A DNA stretch of 64,000 nt from Candidatus Krumholzibacteriota bacterium. GTDB lineage: Bacteria; Krumholzibacteriota; Krumholzibacteriia; LZORAL124-64-63. The position numbers were made by a program, and so were the translations under genes. The stretch spans positions 504 through 64,503 of the forward strand of contig JAJRWA010000067.1 in NCBI GenBank assembly GCA_024277025.1. The letters run 5' to 3'. Positions 31,089 through 41,012 of the stretch are shown here, in pieces. Each line of letters opens with the position of its first letter. Position 1 is the first letter of the stretch. Below the pieces are notes generated by a model that saw only the letters and a list, made by a program, of their open reading frames with translations, searched no databases and was not told the origin of the DNA.

Positions 31089-33754
31089 TGGCCAGGAAAC
31101 ATGTGTCAGCCGGCGGCAAGGGTTGCGAGTTTTCCGGGCCCGCAGGACGGGTCCTGGGGCTGGTTGTGGGCCTGTGGCTGTTGGCCCACCCGGTCATGGC
31201 TGCCATTGAGTGCGACGCTTCGGTCAACCGCACCAGCGTGCCGAGTGGAGGCGAGGTGATCCTGACCGTGACGGCCGCCGGGGATGTGGGCTGGTCGCCG
31301 GAATTCCAGTTACCCGATATGCCCGGGGTTCGGGTCTATGCCGGTGGCACAAACCAGAGCATGTCCGTCACCAACGGCCGCACCGAAACGACCGTTTCAC
31401 GGGTCTACTACCTCAAGATCGAAACAACTGCGGACTTCACGATCGGCCAGGTTTCCGTAACCTCGGGCAACAAGTCCTGCCGCACTGAGCCGATCGCCAT
31501 CAAAGTGACGCCAATGAACGGGGCCGGCACCCAGATTCCGCCGGCCAACAGCGGCAATCGTGTTCAGCGGCCGGGCGAGTCCCCCAACGGCGCGGTCAAC
31601 AGCGAGGCGGGCAAGGCCGGCGACAGCGTTTTTGTCACGCTGGAAGCGGACCATACTGAGGCCTGGGTCGGCCAGCAGATCGTCCTGACGTTCCGCTACT
31701 GGCGCCGGGTCCAACCGTGGAACAACCCGAACTTCACGCCGCCACGCACCGAAGGATTCTGGCGGGAGAACCTCGGCTCGGAGCGCAACTATCGGCAGGT
31801 GGTGAAGGGCCGGGCGTACACGGTGACCGAGATCCGTTACGCGGTTTTCCCCACCCGCATCGGGGATCTGGTTATCGAACCGGCCGAGCTCAACTTTCCC
31901 CGCGGCGCGTTCGACAGCTTCTTCCAGTCCCGGCGCAATCGGCGTGGGCCCAGCACGCTGCGCACCGATCCGGTCACCATTCACGTCAAGGAACTGCCCC
32001 AGCCCCAGCCGGCGGGCTACTCTGGCATCGTCGCTTCCCAGCTCAAGCTGATCAGTCAGGTTGACCGGGACACGATCCCGCGGGGCGAGGCCCTGGGCCT
32101 GAAGGTTCGCCTGGACTCTGACGGCTTCCTCAAGGGATTCAGCAACCTGGCGGTGCCGGTGCCGCCGAAGGTCAGGATGCACGACGCGGGCGAGAGTTTT
32201 CGCACGGGCGCTGAGGGGGGCAAGCTCAAGGGACACATTGTCGTCGAGAAGGTGATCGTACCGGACCAGGACGGTGAACTGCATCTGCCGCCGGTCGAGT
32301 TGGTTTGGTTTGACGTCAAGGCGGGTCGCTACCGGACTGCGCGTACGGCGGCCTGGGACGTGGTGGTTACCGCGAGTGATCTGCCGCTGGCCGGGGCGGA
32401 CGAATCGGGCTTCCTGCGCAGCGAGATTTCCCGCCTCGGCGAGGATCTGGCGTTCATCCACCCGGCGCCTGCTTCGTTGTCCCGGCGAACCGGTCCGCTG
32501 ACCGGCCGCGCCATCTGGTGGGGGCTGCTGATTCTGCCGGGCGTGCTGCTCGGCATGTTCCGCTTCTACCTGCGGCGCCTGGCTGCGGAACTGCGGGATC
32601 CAGCCGGCCGCCGGGCCCGTGGGGCACTGACTGCGGCCAGGAATTGTCTGGCCGCCCAGGAGGGTGACATGATGCCGGCGGTGGCGCGGGCGATTTGCGG
32701 CTACGTGGCCGACTGCCAGGATAGAACCTTCGCGTCGGTCGGCCCGGCCGCCGTTCTGGAATTCTGCGCTGGGCTGGGGGCGCCGGAAACTGGAGAGCGG
32801 CTGGTGGCGATTCTGGATGAATGTGACGCCGCCCGCTACGGCGGGTCCGGCCCCGAATCAGCGGCCCGGGTCGTCGAGGAGGTGGGTGGCTTGCTGGCAA
32901 CGCTGGATGCCGGACGGCGCTCGGCGCACCGCCGGCGCGGGACGTCGGCGGCCACGCTGGCCATCCTCGGTATCGCGCTGTGCCTGGCGGTGGCCCCGCT
33001 GCAAGCCGCGGACCAGGCCGAACGCCCCGGCACTGATCCGGTCAGGCTGCTCGCCGAGGGGAACCAGGCCTACACCGAGGGACGGCTGGACGACGCGCAG
33101 AGCCGGTATCTGGCGGCGCGGGACCGGGGTGTCAACGATCCGGTTCTGCATTTCAATCTGGGCAACACCTATGCCCGCACAGGGCACCTGGGCCAGGCCA
33201 TCGCCAGCTACCTGCGGGCGCAGCGGCTGGCCCCGCGCGACAAGGATGTCAGAAACAATCTGTTTTGGGTGCGGCGGCACATCCGGGATCTGGAACTGAG
33301 CGAGCACTCACTGCCGTTGTTCATTGCCCAACTGGCCGGGATAGTCGGCGCGTTGACTGTGGATCAGTGGGGAATCGGCTTGATAGCGCTGGCCTGGCTG
33401 GTGGCGGCCCTGATCGGCTGGGGCTGGTATCGCGATGACTTCAACCCGCGGTTGCGGCGCTTGTTGCTGACTGGCGGGGCGGCGCTGATTCTGGTGGCGG
33501 CCGTAACCGCCGGCCGCTGGTACGTCGAAGAGGTGCGTGATTCCGCGGTCGTCATCGTGCCGGAAGTCGAGGTCCGGTCCGGTCCGGCGACTTCGTTTTC
33601 GGCCCTGTTCAAGGTCCACGACGGTTTGACCCTGACCATTGATGAACGCCGCGCCGGCTGGGCCCGCGTGGGTCTGGGCGGCGACTGGGAGGGGTGGGTG
33701 CCCGAACCCAGTATCGAACCCGTCCGGCGAGCGGCCGGGGCTCAGGGCCGATAG
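31082..33754 (+). CDS. BatD-BatE fusion (oxygen-tolerance BatD domain, TPR, C-terminal SH3b)
   Basis: Overlapping ATGGTGATGG start. BatD-like N-terminal half. TPR units (…YLAARDRGVNDPVLHFNLGNTYARTGHLGQAIASYLRAQRLAP…). C-terminal SH3-like module (VEVRSGPATSFSALFKVHDGLTLTI…GWARV). Confidence 0.75.
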   Translation: MVMARKHVSAGGKGCEFSGPAGRVLGLVVGLWLLAHPVMAAIECDASVNRTSVPSGGEVILTVTAAGDVGWSPEFQLPDMPGVRVYAGGTNQSMSVTNGRTETTVSRVYYLKIETTADFTIGQVSVTSGNKSCRTEPIAIKVTPMNGAGTQIPPANSGNRVQRPGESPNGAVNSEAGKAGDSVFVTLEADHTEAWVGQQIVLTFRYWRRVQPWNNPNFTPPRTEGFWRENLGSERNYRQVVKGRAYTVTEIRYAVFPTRIGDLVIEPAELNFPRGAFDSFFQSRRNRRGPSTLRTDPVTIHVKELPQPQPAGYSGIVASQLKLISQVDRDTIPRGEALGLKVRLDSDGFLKGFSNLAVPVPPKVRMHDAGESFRTGAEGGKLKGHIVVEKVIVPDQDGELHLPPVELVWFDVKAGRYRTARTAAWDVVVTASDLPLAGADESGFLRSEISRLGEDLAFIHPAPASLSRRTGPLTGRAIWWGLLILPGVLLGMFRFYLRRLAAELRDPAGRRARGALTAARNCLAAQEGDMMPAVARAICGYVADCQDRTFASVGPAAVLEFCAGLGAPETGERLVAILDECDAARYGGSGPESAARVVEEVGGLLATLDAGRRSAHRRRGTSAATLAILGIALCLAVAPLQAADQAERPGTDPVRLLAEGNQAYTEGRLDDAQSRYLAARDRGVNDPVLHFNLGNTYARTGHLGQAIASYLRAQRLAPRDKDVRNNLFWVRRHIRDLELSEHSLPLFIAQLAGIVGALTVDQWGIGLIALAWLVAALIGWGWYRDDFNPRLRRLLLTGGAALILVAAVTAGRWYVEEVRDSAVVIVPEVEVRSGPATSFSALFKVHDGLTLTIDERRAGWARVGLGGDWEGWVPEPSIEPVRRAAGAQGR

Positions 33755-34101
33755 ACCGCTTCGGTGGTTGGTGTCTCACAGACCGTCACGTCCGTCAGCA
33801 GGGGGAGTCTGGGTTTCAGGCGCTCGTAGATCCAGATGGCCATGACCTCGGCGGTGCTGTTCTGCAATCCTTAAATCTCATTGAGATTGTGGTGATCGAG
33901 TTGCTCATACAGCGGCGCGAAAGCGGCACTCACTTCACCGTAGTCCTGCACCCAGCCCATTAGCGGATCCAGTTCCCCTTCCAAACCCAGTTTGACCACG
34001 TAGGTGTGGCCGTGCAGCCGTCCGCACTTGTGGTCGGCGGGGACTTCCGGCAACCGGTGGGCTGCGTCAAAACGGAATGACTTGGTGATGCGGCAGATCA
34101 T
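33742..34101 (-). pseudogene. queD: 6-carboxy-5,6,7,8-tetrahydropterin synthase QueD interrupted by an in-frame TAA (at 33871-33873)
   Basis: N-terminal 76 aa (CGRLHGHTYVVKL…LDHHNLNEI*) stop. The same frame continues GLQNSTAEVMAIWIYERLKPRLPLLTDVTVCETPTTEAVYRP, matching the QueD C-terminus. Confidence 0.6.
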
Positions 34102-34217
34102 GGCCCTCTTTTCCGTGTGGCTCAGGCGTAGGCAACTGCTGTGATTGCAGAAATTAAGCCCAATGACGGCGTGATGGCAACTTCAGGGCCGCCCAAATAT
34201 CCGCTGAGTGCCAAATA

Positions 34218-36320
34218 ATGATAAAACCCACCCCGGAATCTGCCGAATACAGTGACCTAAGGTCCAATGGTCCGCGTGAGCCTGCCCAGACGCCCCTGGA
34301 ACGGCAACTCGGACCGCAGACAGTGAGGACTCGTGTGACAACCAAGACCAATGAATTGCAGGACATCCTGCAAACCCTGGACACGTTGCAAAACCGGGTT
34401 CAGGAACTGAAAGCGGCCGACGAGCCCGCCGCAGACTCGGCGGGCCCCCAGGACGAGCCCGCGCCACCGGCGCCGTCGGTGCCGGCTGAGTCCGGCGGGG
34501 AGGCCCCGGCACCGGTTGCACCCATGCCCAGCGCGCGTGGGGAGGTCGGCACCGAAGACATGTTCCTGCTGAGGGCCGGCGTGGCCGAGTTGAACGCCAT
34601 TTCCCAGTTCAAGGACTTTCCTGCCTATTTCGTGCGTCTCGCCCACCGAACCGGGCTGCGCATGCTGCTGCTGAAGCGTTGGACCACCGGTCTGCAGGTG
34701 TTTCTCGAAGAGAACATCAAGCTGCCAGCGGAGGCGCGCAAGAAGCGCGCCGATGGCCGGGCCCCGATCCCGACAACCAAGACCGACATCTTCGAGGCGA
34801 CGGCGACCGAGGCGACCGTCTACAGCGGTCCGGTACCGGTCAAACACTTCCCTCTTGACCTGACCCTGATGCTGGGGCGCGGCAGCCGCGACCGCCAGAT
34901 CATCGTCGTGCCGCTGCCGTCCCAGGGACACTGGAACACGTTCCTTTACCTCGACGCGGAGAAATCAACCGAGAAGTCGCTGGCCGTGGCCGAGATTCTG
35001 GCCCAATACGCCCTTTCCCGCATGATCCTGCTGAGCAAAGGGGTGCAGAACCGGCAGGGGCGGGTGGCCGGTATCCTCAAGTCAGAACTCTATCGCCGCC
35101 AGAAGAGCCAGGCCCTTCGCGCCCGGAAAGGCCCGCAACCTCCGGGCAGGAAAGTACCTGACGGCAAGAACGCCTGGGACGATGAGCAGGCACCGCCGTC
35201 CTCCGAATCCCAGCCCGCGGCCGACCAGACCGACCAGCAGGGGCCGGTCAACGACCTTGAAATCGATCCGTTCGCTGTCGTGTCACCGACTGCGGTGGTT
35301 GACGAGCCGGAGGTCGAAGCGGCGGTTGCGCGGCGCAAGCTGAAACTGGCGCCGGCCGCCGCCACGGCCCCGGCCGCACGGGGCAATGATCCCGATAGCG
35401 CCCGCACGGCCGAGGACCTGCCCGATCCCCCGGACTGGGATCCACGGGACGGCCGGGCCGTGAAGCTCACGCCCGAAGTCATTCTGCATCACAGCGGGGA
35501 ACTGCCGGCCCTGCCCAAGGCGGCCTGTCATATCATGGCCGTGATCGAGGATCCGCGCACGACGGCCACCAAACTCGAGTCCGCCCTGGCAATGGACCAG
35601 GCCCTGACCGCCAAGGTGCTGCGCATTGCCAACAGCCCGTTCTACGGCGCGGTTCGCGAAATCAAGACCGTCAGCGAGGCCATCGTGCGCCTCGGTTTCA
35701 TCGCCATCCGCAACTGGACCCTGGTGACAGCCGCCCGCTCGGTGTTTCTGGCCCCCGGGGCCGGGATGCTCTACCAGAAGATCTGGCGGCAATCGGTCAT
35801 GTCCGCCATGGCGGGCCAGTTGGTGGCCCAGGTTGTGGGCCGTGCCGATCCGGAAGCGGTGTTTATCGGCGGCCTGATGCAGAACATCGGCCAGCTGGTC
35901 CTGGCCCGCAGCCATCCGGAACTGTTCCAGGAGATCCTGACCGAGTCGGCCGACACGGGCCGATCGTACCACGATGTGGAACAGGAGATGCTGGGCTTCG
36001 ATCACGGGGCCCTCGGGGCCCTGCTGATCAGTGAGTGGAACCTGAGCCGTGAACTGGAAGAGGCCGTTCGCTGGCACCACAACTACACCGACGAGGCCGC
36101 CAGCAACGTGCAGGTGGCGGCCATGATCGCCCTGGGCGAGCAAATCGCCCTGACCAGCAGTGGTGAGGACCAGGTTGATGATGAGGCGCCCGTCGACGAA
36201 GCCGGCGACTCACCCGAGTTGCTGGCGACGGCCGAATTCCTGGGCGTGACTGCGGTTCGCCTGGCGGAGTTGAAGCAGAAGGCAGCCAAGTTGCAGATCG
36301 ATCCCCACTTCTTCACCTGA
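34218..36320 (+). CDS. HDOD-domain signalling protein with a long low-complexity Pro/Ala/Glu-rich N-terminal region
   Basis: C-terminal about 280 aa shows HDOD hallmarks (…LPALPKAACHIMAVIEDPRTTATKLESALAMDQALTAKVLRIANSPFYG…). The N-terminal about 400 aa is of unknown function. Confidence 0.6.
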   Translation: MIKPTPESAEYSDLRSNGPREPAQTPLERQLGPQTVRTRVTTKTNELQDILQTLDTLQNRVQELKAADEPAADSAGPQDEPAPPAPSVPAESGGEAPAPVAPMPSARGEVGTEDMFLLRAGVAELNAISQFKDFPAYFVRLAHRTGLRMLLLKRWTTGLQVFLEENIKLPAEARKKRADGRAPIPTTKTDIFEATATEATVYSGPVPVKHFPLDLTLMLGRGSRDRQIIVVPLPSQGHWNTFLYLDAEKSTEKSLAVAEILAQYALSRMILLSKGVQNRQGRVAGILKSELYRRQKSQALRARKGPQPPGRKVPDGKNAWDDEQAPPSSESQPAADQTDQQGPVNDLEIDPFAVVSPTAVVDEPEVEAAVARRKLKLAPAAATAPAARGNDPDSARTAEDLPDPPDWDPRDGRAVKLTPEVILHHSGELPALPKAACHIMAVIEDPRTTATKLESALAMDQALTAKVLRIANSPFYGAVREIKTVSEAIVRLGFIAIRNWTLVTAARSVFLAPGAGMLYQKIWRQSVMSAMAGQLVAQVVGRADPEAVFIGGLMQNIGQLVLARSHPELFQEILTESADTGRSYHDVEQEMLGFDHGALGALLISEWNLSRELEEAVRWHHNYTDEAASNVQVAAMIALGEQIALTSSGEDQVDDEAPVDEAGDSPELLATAEFLGVTAVRLAELKQKAAKLQIDPHFFT

Positions 36321-36340
36321 CCGGAAACCCAGGCCGAAGA

Positions 36341-36979
36341 TCAACCCCGGGCGCGCTGGCTGTGTCCGGGGTTCTCCGTGTCCGGTTCCTCGTCCAGCGC
36401 GGCGCCCGGCGCACCTTCCTCACAGGGCGGCTCGAAGTGCAGGCGGCAGCGGGCTTCGTAGGTCTCGGCCGCGCCGACAACCACCTGGGCGGTGGCCCGG
36501 GTCAGGCGCTGCGTGAAATTGGCCGGATCCCCGCAGGTCATGCAAATAGCCAACTGCTTGGTCACATATTCGGCCGAACAGAGCAGTTCGGGCATGGGCC
36601 CGAAGGGGTTGCCCATGTAGTCCAGGTCCAGCCCGGCGACAATCACGCGTTTGCCGCGGTTGGCCAGGGTGTTGGCCACAGCGACGATCTCGGCGGTGAA
36701 GAACTGACCTTCGTCGATGGCCACCAGTTCGGTGCGATCGTCCACCAGCTTCAGGATTTCCCGCACGTCGGTCACCGCCACGCCGGGAATGCTCTGCTGG
36801 CTGTGGGAGACGATGCTGGTGGCGTCATACCGGGCATCGCTGCCGTGCTTGAAGATCTGAACCCGGCGCTTGGCGATCTGCGCCCGTCGCAGGCGCTTGA
36901 TCAGTTCCTCACTCTTGCCGCTGAACATGGGCCCGCAAATGACCTCGATCCAACCCGTCTTGCCATGGATGATCTGCAT
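36341..36979 (-). CDS. tdk: Thymidine kinase
   Basis: P-loop [12 protein letters not shown] and C-terminal zinc ribbon [13 protein letters not shown]…RCRLH. Confidence 0.9.
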   Translation of the reverse strand: MQIIHGKTGWIEVICGPMFSGKSEELIKRLRRAQIAKRRVQIFKHGSDARYDATSIVSHSQQSIPGVAVTDVREILKLVDDRTELVAIDEGQFFTAEIVAVANTLANRGKRVIVAGLDLDYMGNPFGPMPELLCSAEYVTKQLAICMTCGDPANFTQRLTRATAQVVVGAAETYEARCRLHFEPPCEEGAPGAALDEEPDTENPGHSQRARG

Positions 36980-37134
36980 GATGCTCCCCGGGGCTGTCGG
37001 GCCCCTGTTGCCACCGCCGTGGACTCTGTCGGGTTAAACCTTGTCTATTGCCAGCAGAACAATTTATTCTATCACAGTTCCCGTGCCAAGGAAATGCTGC
37101 CAAGAACGCCCCGAGGGGCCGGAAACGAGTTGAT

Positions 37135-37971
37135 ATGTGGTCTCGCGAAGAGTTTTGCCGGGTGGTCAAGCCGGGCGTGGTGGGCATGATCCACCTGCCG
37201 GCCCTGCCGGGGAGCCCGGCCGGGGGCGGTGATCTGGCGGCCGTGGAGCACTTTGCCCTGCAGGATGCCGAGGCCCTGGTGGGGGGCGGACTGAACGCCC
37301 TGATGATCGAGAACTACCATGACGTGCCCTTTCATCCGCAGACCGTGCCTGCGGTGACGGTGGCGGCCATGACCCGGTTGATCGGCGCGGTCAGGCGGGC
37401 CTTCCCGCAGGTCAGAGTGGGCGTCAACGTGCTGCGCAACGATGCGGCCGCGGCTTTGTCGATCGCCGTGGCCACCGGTGCCCATTTCGTGCGCGTGAAC
37501 GTTCACGTGGGGGCGGCCGTGACTGATCAGGGTCCGCTGGTGGGGCGCGCCTGGGAGACTCTCCGGCTGCGTCGGGAACTCGGTGCCGACGAGCCGGATT
37601 CCTACGTAGCGATCCTGGCCGATGTCCGGGTCAAGCACGCCCGGCCCATGGCCGAGCGTCCCCTGGCTGAGGAGGCGCAGGACCTGCGTCTGCGCGGTCT
37701 GGCCGACGGCATCATCGTCACCGGCGCGGCCACCGGCGCGGGCGCCGATCCGGCGGCGGTGGCCGCCGTGCGGGCGGCACTGCCGGATTGTCCGCTGCTT
37801 GTCGGTAGCGGCATGGCGTCGGCCACAGTTGCGCAGTTTGTGCCGGCGGCCGATGGCTGTATCGTGGGATCATCTTTGAAAGAACCGAATTCGGACAGCA
37901 GCCCGGCCCGGGTTTCGACAGCACGAGTACGGGATTTTGTCGAGGCGTTTCGGGCGGCCGCCGGCAGTTGA
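37135..37971 (+). CDS. BtpA/SgcQ-family TIM-barrel protein
   Basis: …GMIHLPALPGSP… start and overall BtpA-family similarity. Confidence 0.6.
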   Translation: MWSREEFCRVVKPGVVGMIHLPALPGSPAGGGDLAAVEHFALQDAEALVGGGLNALMIENYHDVPFHPQTVPAVTVAAMTRLIGAVRRAFPQVRVGVNVLRNDAAAALSIAVATGAHFVRVNVHVGAAVTDQGPLVGRAWETLRLRRELGADEPDSYVAILADVRVKHARPMAERPLAEEAQDLRLRGLADGIIVTGAATGAGADPAAVAAVRAALPDCPLLVGSGMASATVAQFVPAADGCIVGSSLKEPNSDSSPARVSTARVRDFVEAFRAAAGS

Positions 37972-37998
37972 CCACCTCCAACCAAGAGGGTTTCTGGC

Positions 37999-39024
37999 AT
38001 GAATATTCTGGTTACCGGCGGCGCCGGTTTTATCGGAGCGAACTATGTGCGCCTCCTGTTGGCGGGTGGCGAGGACCGCGTCGTCAATTTCGATCTGCTG
38101 ACCTACGCCGGCAATCTCGAGAACCTGGCTGGTTGCGAAGACAACCCGCGCTACCGTTTTGTGCGTGGTGATGTCCGCGACCGCGCTGCGGTCCGGGCGG
38201 TCCTGGCCGACGAGAAAATCGAGGCTGTGGTGCACTTCGCCGCCGAGAGCCATGTCGACCGCAGCGTCGAGGGACCCGAAGTCTTTGTGCTGACCAACGT
38301 GCTGGGCACCGAAATCCTGCTGGAAGAGTCGCGGGCCGCCGGCGTGGAGCGCTTCGTGATGGTCAGCACCGACGAGGTCTACGGCTCGCTGGGCCGTGAA
38401 GGCCTGTTCGTCGAGACGACGCCTCTGGCGCCCAATTCCCCCTACGCGGCGAGCAAGGCTGCGGCCGACCTGATGTGCCGGTCTTTTTTCAAGACCTTCA
38501 ATTTCCCGGTGCTCACCACGCGCTGCAGCAACAACTACGGGCCCTATCAGTTTCCCGAGAAACTGATCCCCTTGATGATCGCCAATGCCCTCGAGGACAA
38601 GCCGCTGCCGGTCTACGGCGACGGCCGCAATGTGCGCGACTGGCTCTATGTGCAGGATCACTGCACGGCCATCGATCTGGTCCTGCGCCGGGGGCGGCCC
38701 GGCGGGATCTACAATATCGGCGGCTGCAACGAGATGCAGAACATCACCCTGGTCGAAATGCTGGTCGACCGGCTGGGCAAGAGCCGCGACCTGATCACCT
38801 TCGTCAAGGACCGTCCCGGGCACGACCAGCGCTACGCCATCGACGCGTCGCTGATCAGCAGCGAGTTGGGCTGGCAGCCGAGCGTCGACTTCGCCGCGGG
38901 CCTGGCCCGGACCGTCGACTGGTATCTGGCCAACCGGGACTGGTGGGAGAAGATCCGCAGCGGCGCCTACATGGAATACTACGCCAAGATGTATGGCGAC
39001 CGCGGTGGGGCGACAGGGCCATGA
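37999..39024 (+). CDS. rfbB: dTDP-glucose 4,6-dehydratase
   Basis: MNILVTGGAGFIGANYVR Rossmann start and a YAASKAAAD catalytic motif. Confidence 0.9.
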   Translation: MNILVTGGAGFIGANYVRLLLAGGEDRVVNFDLLTYAGNLENLAGCEDNPRYRFVRGDVRDRAAVRAVLADEKIEAVVHFAAESHVDRSVEGPEVFVLTNVLGTEILLEESRAAGVERFVMVSTDEVYGSLGREGLFVETTPLAPNSPYAASKAAADLMCRSFFKTFNFPVLTTRCSNNYGPYQFPEKLIPLMIANALEDKPLPVYGDGRNVRDWLYVQDHCTAIDLVLRRGRPGGIYNIGGCNEMQNITLVEMLVDRLGKSRDLITFVKDRPGHDQRYAIDASLISSELGWQPSVDFAAGLARTVDWYLANRDWWEKIRSGAYMEYYAKMYGDRGGATGP

Positions 39025-39059
39025 GCGCGCTTGGGTGACAACTGCCGGATGGCCGCCAC

Positions 39060-39719
39060 GTGTCGATCGCTGATGAAGCCGCCGACAGGCTCTGCTGCGG
39101 CGTCTTGGTGTTGGACCCGGTGAAAGTAGCCGAAAACCCCGCCGTGTGGCAGGCGACAGCAGAAGTGGGCCGCGAACTGGCGACGCAGTATGAAGGCCGG
39201 CTGCCCTCCGAGATCCCCGGGCTGACCGAAGCCCGTGATCTCTACAAGAGTTTCGGCATGGACCCTTCGCGGCACCGGCCGAGCAGCGAAGCCTTGCTGC
39301 GCCGGGTGCTCAAGGGCCGGGACCTGTATCACATCAACAATGTTGTCGATACGTGCAACCTGGCTTCCCTGAGTTTCCTGCTGCCCGTGGGGATGTATGA
39401 TCTGGCCCTGATTCAGGGTAACGTGAGTCTGCGCACCGGCACCGCTGACGAGCAGTATCCGGGCATCCGCAAGGGTCCGGTCAACCTAGCCGGCCGCCTG
39501 GGCTTGTTCGACGAACAAGGCCCCTTTGGCTCACCGACCAGTGATTCGGCCCGCACCTGCATCAGCGAGCGGACAACGGCGATCCTGGCGGTAATCATGG
39601 CGACAGCCCGGCAGCCGCGTCAGGAAATGTCGGGACACCTGACGGTGTTCAGCGGGAAGTTTGCCGAATTCTGTGGAGCCAGAGAAGTGTTTCGGGCCGT
39701 GCTGGGAGGCGCAGGATGA
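39060..39719 (+). CDS. B3/B4 tRNA-binding-domain protein (PheT-like stand-alone domain)
   Basis: …HINNVVDTCNLASLSFLLPVGMYDL… is B3_4-domain-like. GTG start. Confidence 0.5.
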   Translation: MSIADEAADRLCCGVLVLDPVKVAENPAVWQATAEVGRELATQYEGRLPSEIPGLTEARDLYKSFGMDPSRHRPSSEALLRRVLKGRDLYHINNVVDTCNLASLSFLLPVGMYDLALIQGNVSLRTGTADEQYPGIRKGPVNLAGRLGLFDEQGPFGSPTSDSARTCISERTTAILAVIMATARQPRQEMSGHLTVFSGKFAEFCGAREVFRAVLGGAG

Positions 39720-41008
39720 TGAAGACCAGACTTGCTGTGTGGGGATTGGCGCTTTTGGTTCTGACGGGTAGTGCGGGGGTGGCCCGCGCGCAGTCGGCGC
39801 CGCAGGTCGAGCGCATGCTGGATCGCGTGCGGACGCTGACGGCACCGGCCCTGGCCGGCCGCGGCGCCGGCAGTCCGGAATTGCAGGCCGCCGGCGATAC
39901 GGTGGCGGTTTGGTTGGCGCAGTTGGGCCTCGTCCCGGCTTTCGACGGCACCTGGTTCCAGGACTTCGACCTGAAGGGCGAGGGCTGGTCCGGCAACGAC
40001 CTGACCGGCCGCCGGGACCGGAACGTGGCCGGCATTCTGCCCGGAGTCGGCCACCTGGCTGAGCGCTACGTGGTGGTGGGCGCGCATCTGGATCACCTCG
40101 GGCGCGTCGACCCGACCTCGGCGCCGGGCCGACTGCCCGGCCCGGACGACTACTACCCCGGGGCCAACGACAACGCTTCGGGCGTGACGATCGTGACGGA
40201 GATCATCCGCCTGGCGGCAACTCGCCAGACGGACCAGACGCCCCGTCGCAGCGTGGTGTTCGTATTCTTCGGCGGTGAAGAGGTCGGTCTGCAGGGCAGC
40301 GGCCGCTACGTGTCACAGCCGCCAGTGGCGCTGGACCTGGTCGACGCCATGATCAACTTCGATACCGTCGGCCAGATCAGCGAGAACCGGCTCTACGTCA
40401 GCGGCCTGGGCACGACGCCGGATTTTCCCGCACTGGTCGAGGCGGCCAATACCGACCGGCTGAATCTTTCCCTGGGGCAGGGTGGCTGGTCGGGCAGCGA
40501 CCACATGAATTTCAACACGCGTGAGATTCCGGTGCTGTTCGTTTTTGGCGGCCCCTATCTGCAGTACAATCGTCCCAGCGACACCTGGGACACGCTCACG
40601 CCGGCGGGGCTGGTCCAGGTCGCGGCCTACGGCGATCGCCTGCTCGACCTGATCCGCACCCACGACCGGCCCCTGCCGTGGGTCATGGTGGCGGCCAAGG
40701 ATCTGCGCGAAGGCGACACGTCCGGCGAGAACCGCGATACCTGGTTCGGCTCCCTGCCGGATTTCAGCGAGGACGTCAAAGGTTACAAACTGGGCGGAAT
40801 TTTTGACAACAGTCCGGCGGCCCGTTCCGGTCTCCAGAAGGGCGACGTCCTGGTCGGCCTGGGCGGGCGCGAGGTCACCGACCTGGCGTCCTTCACCCAT
40901 GCCCTGCGGGCGCACGCGCCGGGCGACCTGGTCGAGGTCGAGGTCCTGCGCGAAGGCCGGCCTCTGCGCTTTACGGTCGTGCTGGGAAACCGGACCGAGC
41001 GCAAGTAG
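39716..41008 (+). CDS. M28-family peptidase with a C-terminal PDZ domain, secreted
   Basis: Signal peptide. M28 metal ligands (HLDHLG…, DNASGV, GGEE). PDZ (…GIFDNSPAARSGLQKGDVLVGLGGREVTD…). ATGA overlap with the upstream stop. Confidence 0.75.
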   Translation: MMKTRLAVWGLALLVLTGSAGVARAQSAPQVERMLDRVRTLTAPALAGRGAGSPELQAAGDTVAVWLAQLGLVPAFDGTWFQDFDLKGEGWSGNDLTGRRDRNVAGILPGVGHLAERYVVVGAHLDHLGRVDPTSAPGRLPGPDDYYPGANDNASGVTIVTEIIRLAATRQTDQTPRRSVVFVFFGGEEVGLQGSGRYVSQPPVALDLVDAMINFDTVGQISENRLYVSGLGTTPDFPALVEAANTDRLNLSLGQGGWSGSDHMNFNTREIPVLFVFGGPYLQYNRPSDTWDTLTPAGLVQVAAYGDRLLDLIRTHDRPLPWVMVAAKDLREGDTSGENRDTWFGSLPDFSEDVKGYKLGGIFDNSPAARSGLQKGDVLVGLGGREVTDLASFTHALRAHAPGDLVEVEVLREGRPLRFTVVLGNRTERK

Positions 41009-41012
41009 AGGA

